Positions 60,501 to 64,000 of a DNA stretch of 64,000 bases are shown here, piece by piece. The stretch is from a virus. The stretch spans positions 1 to 64,000 of the IMG/VR virus record IMGVR_UViG_3300032293_001294. One strand, written 5' to 3'. The translations under genes and the position numbers were made by a program. Within the stretch, counting starts at the first letter, position 1; every line of letters starts with the position of its first letter. Below the pieces are notes generated by a model, which was not told the DNA's origin, searched no databases, and saw nothing but the letters and a program-made list of their open reading frames with translations.

Positions 60501-63500
60501 TCTTCTAACTAATCCTGTTTCATTTTTGTTGTTAACAGCTAATACATAGTTATCTGCGTCGGTATTAATAATGTTATTAAAGTATGATTCAGCAGTTACA
60601 CCGTCATCATTTTTAATAAGATCCTTATATAATTCTTCAAAACCAGCATCTGTTTGAGGATTAACACCAAGACGTTCGTTAATGTTTTTATATTGTTCTT
60701 GAAGCTTTTTATATACTTCAACTCTGTTTTCAAACGCGCTTAAAACAAACTTATAGTTATTACGTTTAATATTAGTTACGTCATTTTTATAAAGTTCTAA
60801 TTCAGCTTTTGCTTTTTCTTCTAATTCTTTATAACCTTTTAAACGTGTAGTTTGTGCTAAACCTTTAACATCTTTTACATCTTTAAAGAAAATATTTCTA
60901 ATAATTAGTTTAGCATCTGATGCTTTTATGTTTGGATCAATGCCTTTACTTAATTCAATTAATGCTAATAAGTTTAAAGTTTCTAAACTTCTTAGTTGAC
61001 CATTCACATTATTAACATTAATCTTAAATAAATCATTGTTATTATCATCTTTAAATACAATAAAGTCGTTTGGTTTAGACCCTGCACTAATTAAATCTAA
61101 AGCTTCTTTATAAGTATCTTCTATTTTCTTTCTATATTTAGTAGCATAGTTTACATTTAAAAAGGTTTCAAACGGTATATTGTTTTTATTATCAACGGTA
61201 TAAATAGAGTTAGTAAGTGTTAATAATTTTCTAGCCGAGTTTATAACTGGATCAGAAAAGATTTTATACAACTCCGGTGTAGCATCTTTTTGTGACAGAA
61301 ATAATTCTTTATCAATTGCTAAAGTATTATAGGATAAAACTGTATCCCATGTTTGTACAATCCGAGTATACTCAGCAATTGCTAATGCTCTTATTTCAGC
61401 TAAGTCCCCTAATTTTTTAGCATCATATGTCTTAGCCATTTCACTTACAACATTGTTTAATAGATCTATATAATCGTTATAGCTAATGCTATGGACAAAT
61501 ATTAAATCAAATAAACTAACGTTTGTTTCTTTTTCATTTTGTTTAAGTGTAAAAATAACGCTATTATTTTTACCTTGGTTTTCAACCACTTTTAAATCAG
61601 TAAAGTTTTTAAAATCTTCAATTAAATATTTATCAGCATAGTCTTCTGTTAAATTCTTTTGGATAGTATCTAATACTTTAAATATTAGATGGTCTCTGTC
61701 TTCTGGTTTCTTTAAGAAATCTTCTTCAATTCCTCTAATACTAGCATCTTGTAAGTATGCAAGTTTTGTTGTTGATGGATTTGTTTCTGCAATTTTAGGA
61801 CTAATACTAGCTACAATATTTTGTTCTTCTTCTCTTAAATTATTGATAAGTCTTTTTAAAGTACTAATAAACGGTATACTTTCTTTAGAACGACTTACTT
61901 GATTATTTAATATATTATTAGCATTATCAAATATTTCTAATAAAGTATCTTTGTTTGATTCATTTTTATTGTATTCATTTATTAAATCTTTTAGATATGC
62001 TCTAGCAGATTTATTAGTTACATCTTCAGTTCCGGTTCTAACAAGTACAGTTTTCGCAGCACTGACTAAATAATTTTTAAATAAATCTGTAAAGTTTTCT
62101 TTAGCAAATTTATTATCTTTGATAGAAATATCAACATCTATTTTTTGTTTAGTTAAATATTCATCATATATAATCTTAGCAATTTCATCTGCACTCATTG
62201 TAATTTTAATATTTTTTACACTAATAATATCTCCATACTCTTTTAATAACTCTGCTAATTCATACGAAAATATCATGACTTTTTCTTTGTATTCAAGATC
62301 ACTTCTATTTTTTGAATTTAAAAAGTTAATAAAAGAAATACTAGATTTACCTTTTTCTAATGAAAGTTGGCGCATTTTTAAACTGGCGGTGTACTTATTA
62401 TTTTCAATAACGTAGTTAGGTTCGTTTAGTATATCGTCAATAACCTTTATTTTTTCTACAGTAGCATCTAAAGATTTTGATGTTACTAAATCCAAAACAT
62501 TTTCTTTTAGTTGATTTGTTACAAGTAACGGTGAATATATATCATCAGAGCCTGGACCTAGTACAGAGTTGACTACAGTTTTATCTGTAAACTTACTGCT
62601 ATCATTCTTTACATTATTAAATACTGCTTTTGCTGCGTCTTTATATTTTAATTCATCAAGACGTTCTTCTGCTGCATCGTTTTTCATTGCATCAAATTGC
62701 TTGCTTAGTTCTTCAATTTCGTCATCTCTTAATGTTTCTAAAGCTAAAAGATCTTTTCCTTGTGAGAATTTTCTAATCTCATCAAGATCAAAGTCAGTTA
62801 AAAATGCTTTAGTAACTTCTGATTTAAGTTGGTTATCTATGATGTTATTAGGTATATTAATGTTCTTTAAAGACTTTTCAATATCAATATTTTTTATTTC
62901 TTTAGGTAGTTGCTTTGTTAATGCACTCTTTTTAAAGATGCTTAAAGAAGTAGCGTCTGTATTAAAATTATCATAGATATATGATTTAACATACTTATAT
63001 ACAGGCGATCCTTTGAATAACTTTTCAAAGTTATCTTGCAAGTTTAAACTTAAGAATTTATTTAATTCTTTTTCATCTGTAATATTCTTTGTTTCATTTT
63101 TATAAATGTCATCAAACTCTTTTATTTTTTGAGCAACAGCTTCTAATGATTTACTTAGTGGGTTATTGCCGGATACTTGTTTAATGTTTTCTTGTATAGC
63201 ATATCTGTACAAATCTTTTAAATCTAATTTATTGGTATAAATAAATCTTGTTTTAGACCCACCTGAAAATCTATAGGCAATATCAATTTGTTTTGCGACT
63301 TCTCGTACTTTGTCTCCAGAAAGTAAAAATGTTTTATCTTTTAAATCTATGTCACTTGTAGCAATAAATTCTACAATTAATTTATACTTATCTTCTGTTT
63401 CAAGCTTTAACCAAGCTTCTGGATCAACATTAAACAAAGGTTGATTAATATGTAATAAGTCATCATAAATGTCTTTAGTATTTTTAAAGTAGTTGTTTAA

Positions 63501-64000
63501 GATTCTTGAAACTCTAGTTTCAAATGTTTCTTTTATAGATATACCTACGTCAAAAATAACTTTATTACTTTGTTGTACACCAATAAAGAATTGATCTACA
63601 TCTGTAACACTTTCATTAAAGTAATGTGTTGTCTTTTTCTTTGTAATAGGATCTTCAACAATAATACTTAAGGTCAAACCGTTGTAAAAACTAACTAGGT
63701 TAATTGCTTTATCTTTTAAAATAGCAACCGCTTGTTTGTGTTTTTCAGCATCAAAACCACCAACAAGATCAGCAGGTCCTTTTTTACCAGCACTTATATT
63801 AGCAAGCAAGGTGCTTAATTCTTTTTCTTTAATAGCTAACTCGTCGTTTGTTTTATTAAGTTCGTCTCCGATATTGTTTTTTGTTGTAGTTAAAATCGTG
63901 ATGTCTTTAATTAACTTATCTTTAGCTTCTTTTTCAGCAGTACTATTTAATACGTTTGTTTTAATATCAATTTCTTTTTGTTTTTCAGCTTGTTGTTGTA
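42594..64000 (-). CDS. Giant (>7,130 aa) virion protein with two-barrel RNA polymerase, DEDD exonuclease and SLOG domains; 5' end outside the window
   Basis: Frame stays open from 63809 to the edge; beta-like AKIWLGTHHGFKG; beta'-like SGIRAQ..., SSRSPQQ, GADTDGD; VIDIET/HNGNKFD; SGNAPGSD...RN...DGGTGW. Confidence 0.85.
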   Translation of the reverse strand, partial: QQQAEKQKEIDIKTNVLNSTAEKEAKDKLIKDITILTTTKNNIGDELNKTNDELAIKEKELSTLLANISAGKKGPADLVGGFDAEKHKQAVAILKDKAINLVSFYNGLTLSIIVEDPITKKKTTHYFNESVTDVDQFFIGVQQSNKVIFDVGISIKETFETRVSRILNNYFKNTKDIYDDLLHINQPLFNVDPEAWLKLETEDKYKLIVEFIATSDIDLKDKTFLLSGDKVREVAKQIDIAYRFSGGSKTRFIYTNKLDLKDLYRYAIQENIKQVSGNNPLSKSLEAVAQKIKEFDDIYKNETKNITDEKELNKFLSLNLQDNFEKLFKGSPVYKYVKSYIYDNFNTDATSLSIFKKSALTKQLPKEIKNIDIEKSLKNINIPNNIIDNQLKSEVTKAFLTDFDLDEIRKFSQGKDLLALETLRDDEIEELSKQFDAMKNDAAEERLDELKYKDAAKAVFNNVKNDSSKFTDKTVVNSVLGPGSDDIYSPLLVTNQLKENVLDLVTSKSLDATVEKIKVIDDILNEPNYVIENNKYTASLKMRQLSLEKGKSSISFINFLNSKNRSDLEYKEKVMIFSYELAELLKEYGDIISVKNIKITMSADEIAKIIYDEYLTKQKIDVDISIKDNKFAKENFTDLFKNYLVSAAKTVLVRTGTEDVTNKSARAYLKDLINEYNKNESNKDTLLEIFDNANNILNNQVSRSKESIPFISTLKRLINNLREEEQNIVASISPKIAETNPSTTKLAYLQDASIRGIEEDFLKKPEDRDHLIFKVLDTIQKNLTEDYADKYLIEDFKNFTDLKVVENQGKNNSVIFTLKQNEKETNVSLFDLIFVHSISYNDYIDLLNNVVSEMAKTYDAKKLGDLAEIRALAIAEYTRIVQTWDTVLSYNTLAIDKELFLSQKDATPELYKIFSDPVINSARKLLTLTNSIYTVDNKNNIPFETFLNVNYATKYRKKIEDTYKEALDLISAGSKPNDFIVFKDDNNNDLFKINVNNVNGQLRSLETLNLLALIELSKGIDPNIKASDAKLIIRNIFFKDVKDVKGLAQTTRLKGYKELEEKAKAELELYKNDVTNIKRNNYKFVLSAFENRVEVYKKLQEQYKNINERLGVNPQTDAGFEELYKDLIKNDDGVTAESYFNNIINTDADNYVLAVNNKNETGLVRRAEVKTIQNAGEGIPSLNNLLINYVYGNNSTAVRNKVINRLKVNQSFDVIYKSLWEQELKTRVENMRNTMTGEELIKNKVPLNDKDFNQYVVDYKENIVPIITDNGRAIVIVPDNKWSLKTMEEDRATFKQLMNGNKDTYDVFEVYILSESKYKEIENIKNNKKDYADIDLYKVDDTVKFLPRFINVQSSINRTIGSVVKGWLNDLNLITKLGNPSSLVKNLNTFYKNLYSNDNLKGFVPIYKFYNEGIDLYNTEQFKETEKEALFNIVFFEFFEGFDYSGLEIEYIGSTFLNGKYLTKEYNINNLEKDVNPMTVADLKDKNVWDKIVKSLEAVKSRYENNINIKDLSYYNIMDEKHLNKLERFYNIVNDLLTHVESTQNKAYTELVPIIKEHIENAQPKIVTISNVRNQLTAHELLSKPLTEKLSDAFGNMFDVKKRNTVLDTFEINAKKHLEKQQYYLDNLQTVIQEGVKNHKKIKDKVKNKSISIAKMVSLKNVFNDFQTQKINAQELYEKLKEYVGVEPSVRKIFKTIAQRIFKNNPNGYKNADRITDHLIYAYVIKSYLVSIRQYMERYPGDRFDIQAYLNYYDVLNRLVSNGQQIGVDKLTGYNLNLYKQALSLKKEVESTPNKSQKYKFNKKHLKFISNKTDFLTYTKFKDAGEVVDLVNNRQNIVDNIEDITIDTYIVDYIKGEFGYDLDDKEKINLIQAAGSVLDSANNYLYSSKDEKIYTPKTPLVFSETNKLELIKEELRNKGFTKSQIDTVIEIGSKGFGETIISPVDIEEFKKVFEDKDLQKKDFYRDQIKEAAKADKPKLEKKLSYRRIFEINRINLLENSEEFFNYFRKVIRPNNSDFKKAINNWSVFGLDQDEVITLIQKDGYNDIEHFINTHANIKTKETTEDFYKASLLMLFINYQKEKFIREKLKTDGKAEISNDDIKKAFELESIKAKSNNIKLQTISINDLLGYGSSLKTGVKFQLNKGFENIRYIRSTNSFLNDRLGNIILDEENLKTFDEYDSSYKGIYFKDNNVETLVRRHQRNAYKHLYRDYEAGFVGEKTYELMQLTKDAIADISAEHNSPSWQVASGKVVYNDLRKSWHDLFKELKPDYKDKEFIKPSEIDTALKSLSVSKASVNFFINTYNKLIFDAKTNYLKNHGKDLDVSGKVKTDEVLIKEFDDVIKNAIDQIKLFSEKNQSFIIFNDNNIKAILGFIYTARYSNSEKLTMDLSSFIDKQIKNDVKYKQYRYKQVDTKIERIIESNENDLTKAEAIAKLQGKTFNELTKEKQNTILQNVYLMNFIKGSKDFFGKDRWFDTYKAAVGPKRTMQSFTTLEEKKEEVLKLELDLLNKKLLNTKNENVNILNKTLGENTQQELFGKYTNSIPLLTQNTMDLILDTNKELDTVEQSISVEQKAFNKEKLELINNMFIVYPGLKQLFDEQYFKSIEEEKLKINNDVIELNKKTSQRIKDEYKAYLESIATIKEIESSNVYQITRISKGKNIASNFAMFKDAYAAYKVPGTDKFITTLEDLKAVYDMSKQTNLEERLKKARDIAENTFKKFKGKERSNYTNYFNSISLFNKRLDREELNRLRLEFNDLENVENMLPALLKSSEEYNKLIKTNVVSNAKSIAIDDSTLSKIDKYHSKAIEKNKALLRGFGIQIRDYVYRIDSNYKEDKKLTLKDYINILDSYAITSITSLDNKLVDNIPSYKALISLSDKNAEKQILLSVLLDYKVQELATTKGGKITETEYRSLESFINTTIGRKTNQDILNYIEDEASSGKNVDVFKHGFGSNDVEVDLSVFKNPEHLSYATTLKNNINNKLKNKYNKVLSKTVVDIKDILNKSVSLMNRLSIDESIKSSIIFSVDPKERVKKVEDRINLNVSNTKALYSNLNKKVFDNTIDTSNVSLSELVSFVVENNETTKIVELNNKKQDINNKLKDANEYLNLINRYKSNLGVIKTVEDTLPIKQEDVLKAEKASETSYKSELEFVGKKLSNLELFKQYYKDQLKDTKNNQEVLEKVAEIITSKTKGYTKESLINKVNTEGEFALHDSLVDIMPTALNYIHQKNVLKEKGLTDEFAVIDIETYKQNGQEFPYQMSMLYIDKNGELQIHNAYINSSLFYNAINEDGSYTKEIEEFYRFQKNEVWKKQWENDGLILNDEQLELKAREKLNKLIETVSTKQNNDNFIRAFIQIIGVENNFKIVAHNGNKFDFGIIQNFISQVGKKLVVNEYYRSIKEDNSINNVLKNIDPKLNDIERNKEYKKQLELIISRLENKILANKNSLEAKPQELDAVGELIEQAIRAKWKLELNEFTKEALYDTDYIFNDELKKKLLDFNDGELGNVSNELEKYVINRDPKIKEKVINTLAIKFLNSYSTDQQTVQIHKIILDAVTKFVENAPNTFDRLIVGGPNNLVTFNKDDANTTLKKEITKHVYATYGKDLELKDIEIDYGKKLKTIELAKAAKNDLIAMLEKGKTKDEIIQATKERKAEKVKRINELKSEIETLLNGDPSNDTQVISQVGLTKERNVILEEMLSAARKIAEDNSTSLSSIKIALNNPKVVLNNVIGLSNLGVMENRIDQTNKKLNDLISNLNNLLGFIRQEKDLSKQESLMLKVFDESVIDVIKDPTKQKSAIAALQNQIDLIFKGRTSIDDEAVRDILNKELTVLKNQQKSDLDIYLKELENNFKIVNDNLVKYKALGLGKNIEIFEYKYNKEQSYWYYLDSNKQEIKVNLQDINKYLLSLTNDSNNKNFFDRNQTTLFRLFKNINDIRSIENFSKYTLDDLYDSRTFFYDKDIFVSIINQKLESLQNSINFLTNYKANDIGKINENVLSVYYTNILKEVGVQETNVDNAMERTITEIIKGVPSSDRMSLEQYQTLASTRIDKKEIDKSPRKKNLNIEIEYEEPRKGDDISVLRQVPNRIFSRPFGPITKYFVYDEVYNRINTATFDNINKTLKLELKYVYTTKDNEYMNRPDEKLMTKVFKLDDEGNLDSQAIDTLKNMQSQFYFQPKGGKPEYVLGPDNIPKEYLIPDINEKGEVIDSSKNAIDILLNYLIKNEGEVFPYEQFGASDRYLKITNISKIIRKAVINQINLLNDKGIKNINLKEVYNGIYNRITSKYNALERGSLVNQISDEYSYDYNLEHIDHKWLDENNISLELNSEASTAVVYKLKPRLPFNFPFAMNDNPIRTQLHAKHLMATYTTIGLLNRMYKEIPDKVAPGKKLMETFINKNPLSPDLRNKFIRKFGNKYSQLFMPNVMSAEMYQNYKADAELHQFGTVLPIVMVNDPRVGLDTIGVDADFLKEFGYELSAKIWLGTHHGFKGTIYPIQDLHKTYGAFFLSNAESVTKRGTSGMYVEMLYNYITSYLNNETYQDGKAVVPSRIKEVFDIPEIKEYLNATFKKNINEDGILINKYYKTQDELEGLSNLLFKYKDQIKSLTSFYDAKGNARFDLNDIYQWVLIDDVKNNPDIDKLPPIKVPIVIAKSRLQNKPLTYQDINTAKLDAYKLLERRYATINLKTGSFVRGNVYVMADHENNPQAQYTESNTKTIGKFVFNILDDNSNVDTGQTIGPAALQLILNKIGLNDFNRVFAFDQTNAKNLARPRILGFSDYILNTLNVTKDNITKKKEQGLIDNLEKLYADKLIHNLIYTNGIKYVRLLSMLNNSVDPAMKKYYESEIDILVKNTDANIPDKLYSGKESAFYKASFKTLSGIRAQFALDRTLDVGEIVIPASGWSVLQNRNKEQKNIIGVEELTDSEKINYYVEHLLTLTDSKDREDFLNSRGLLEADNKKLWDAVGPVINYKEKLKKLLRTNYKFYQTYAYLLSSRSPQQDYNAVPVYKVIGFSKSAATYVNGFGYPMMGADTDGDAFGMAIVGLDAIEGKDAPLRPLLATDYNYYTLDEKQIKDQGKVVNLVSYLEKSDTEFFGSLENDIPDYTISPKDSIEKLVQSIMPGFVDYNIVHDLKYPQRITYKFERNIVGKYAIPKVIRSNQEYLTIERYDFIQEANLLNQLMDYFETNRKEIKSLDQEKNNPNFASLLKTFVNAHIKLKNKGENFGGVITSLKDYENQDLLLKYYNNNKDFIDKLYSIEDLIKNKKVIYGKVKPENDIKKVDVKVKGQPFVQLSSGNAPGSDSLFQKFARENNIKTNVYVARDVDKPKDQPNFVLSMSVNDMSDVEVKTAEKAVVKAAALLNKNVPTNPITKLLQIRNHFIINDADTIVAAGYLKNDGTVDGGTGWGVAMSQELGKPVYVFDPKQNQWFVSTGKLTWSKINNAPLLQGKIAGIGSRFSSLEDVKYLPLIEKTIGDLFKTKEKVETKIVKQVPNIEIPDTLIKIYSKVLDKEERDILNNKELIGTTEYSKVYEYLVNILSYYETHITTTERVRAGKTTIPGVGSERKSQFSSSHLSTYKTINKLKYGYFWEQIGAIDTDGAITFDSLLQALALKSNSLSKNEYDSWVNESNQEYQKLLQNEENTREVEGEVVLKDAVQENFDSKYKFYNYFINAYWFSDVLRSRIATNFEKEFYDIYKDDINEIIDDILIVKNKVKTGAEELKKLKDFYLKALSLVDTDKTLEVQEVKDWLKSTSKQNDPVIEEYLSIFNSKDLSDLTKKKLNLNFIKEIAMRYFVDVNVMKNYLSSKSEVLPETLLNEYFNQQIIERLAQNRMSFLIQEPIDLPKHYGQEVKAADASKRILDKTKKLIEKSARRKVIIGSNDNDSLFGMAINLDREMNERFDNTLKRTSKSEVNKKWFEENPGRQVLISDSYTKVADAKSDLDKVIKQKAKVFLFNMFVPDTLIVELINNVKELNKGLDNPKNLKLKDLEKAIQFFDTHDIPFYKLVDFVDYIDSVTAVVRRNYIGEEKFTTSKDNVINNIVNIKIFNFRYADADFQKTFNSKYENEEKIIFNFFSNINNFEEGYYRTDEFGNKKLLTREDFPTKDEINKSVDENNLQLKLAINDDPTMEHLQAPIEEISREAMNKVSEELQDNLNYATFNGAVKQYKDLINSFRTQIEVLLETKKEYEATIKKINSDTKNRKYKTDAETIIESKEIKSKLEETLTRNNISRLSELNNKATNNKLKSDKIQELISLFQDEIKEIEESIDPLDNYVKLLEQSKSPVETIKEEITQLNTKEADIRSKLLKKAVVDNIGGLILLLRTPDDDGLGGQGMGDTTVKKPKVLTEQDLKAYKERSLLSMYNRITLLKNMVDNSSSNNRIRSLKNAYELYTTKQQQFKLVQIRHADPDEGRFKLVTERIRKYDPRYDDVLFPTNKKKDLNIIEKVGQKFGLIDNSIYNDLLFKDTVVNGKKISALENLEAWQRAGGKVVFDNKVYNRIDPKLILATNKNINFTLKEVIVDNFEDFQEIYDQNLKGDIIGFVDLNDWMDTMNDVYSPYQLPNKVDKFFFSLQIMSKNLSKLNAAFIARNIFDSVNQMFSNSIIIPKLIESNRYVNSTLNSLELMKLYEKYSDELSISIINIGLHYEDVLKASKLPVKDSNVINNKLDLIKEFLLNYIKISDTLKNNNRHIETRRKVAINLFRKLKEANADNIDKYLDLLKQSVIFASKTEFGEYIEMYDNRIINNTWVAGLRTDAKNNQGQIVRHKTIAEKVDEYEFKKPLLKQLSAFMNTEALSDYLRKDRFELLPKFFEQYRGYKDSYKSNMTYKQIVKQLDKVKGGWLNKFNPVAWYTDSNTKIENAARITNFFYNLMLYNKTFDQATIDSLNHWFNYGMRSPLETRLLADIPFLSFPVRSINNWIDRLMSPKYWRFLSDFIDGWYAQYRDEETKEYDDFTKYQIRQGWIPFAKDWGLRIGNGAFDVMNLIYNTDIELTRRASPLLRGIQSLFKDGDALKGFAQLAVVGFGTRFVNTATGLSDMVLGTNLREDIARNDPSLARILDTRQATLFRTISGIGYDISQFKKYTPRRYRYGRNGRWAKYENIYKDWFTKYGKMRRPTTNPYRLVKNIQWRQYVRYRQSQATILK

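Noticed and set aside
44470-62976. Plus-strand ORFs inside the giant gene, and similar antisense ORFs throughout
   Set aside because: Shadow frames of AT-rich coding sequence; F/L/S/I-biased with no recognisable motifs
63809-64000. TTG 63809 as the start of the giant ORF
   Set aside because: The frame is open to the window edge (QQQAEKQKEIDIK...); the true start is outside
1-64000. Stop-codon reassignment (code 4 or 15)
   Set aside because: Code 11 gives dense, full-length genes; TGA and TAG end genes at sensible positions, including ATGA overlaps

Overview
AT-rich, genetic-code-11 tailed-phage DNA with podovirus-like architecture; there are no host housekeeping genes, integrase or CRISPR array. 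The left arm (1-26.3 kb, minus strand) carries tail fibres, membrane proteins, an ejection-type protein, tail nozzle, head-tail adaptor, scaffold, portal, terminase, VRR-NUC, MazG-like protein, a Prp cysteine protease and an SF3 helicase, driven by repeated extended -10 promoters. A divergent non-coding switch (26.4-27.7 kb) has short repeats, TA runs, C-tracts and two dense hairpin clusters. The right arm (27.1-42.3 kb, plus strand) carries small early genes, DprA, a MoxR AAA+/VWA pair, primase, SSB-like protein, SF2 helicase, PolA, exonuclease and a Sak4-like protein. It ends in an 85-nt tmRNA-like RNA reduced almost to its Ala-accepting tRNA-like domain, followed by a pseudoknot RNA with an anti-SD loop. 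A converging >7,130-aa ORF (open at the window edge) contains fused beta/beta'-type RNA polymerase motifs, a DEDD exonuclease and a SLOG domain, and is probably a virion RNAP. Strong SD sites, Prp, the DprA type and BspA/InlB domains point to a Bacillota or code-11 Mollicutes host. All calls are by eye from motifs; no searches were run.
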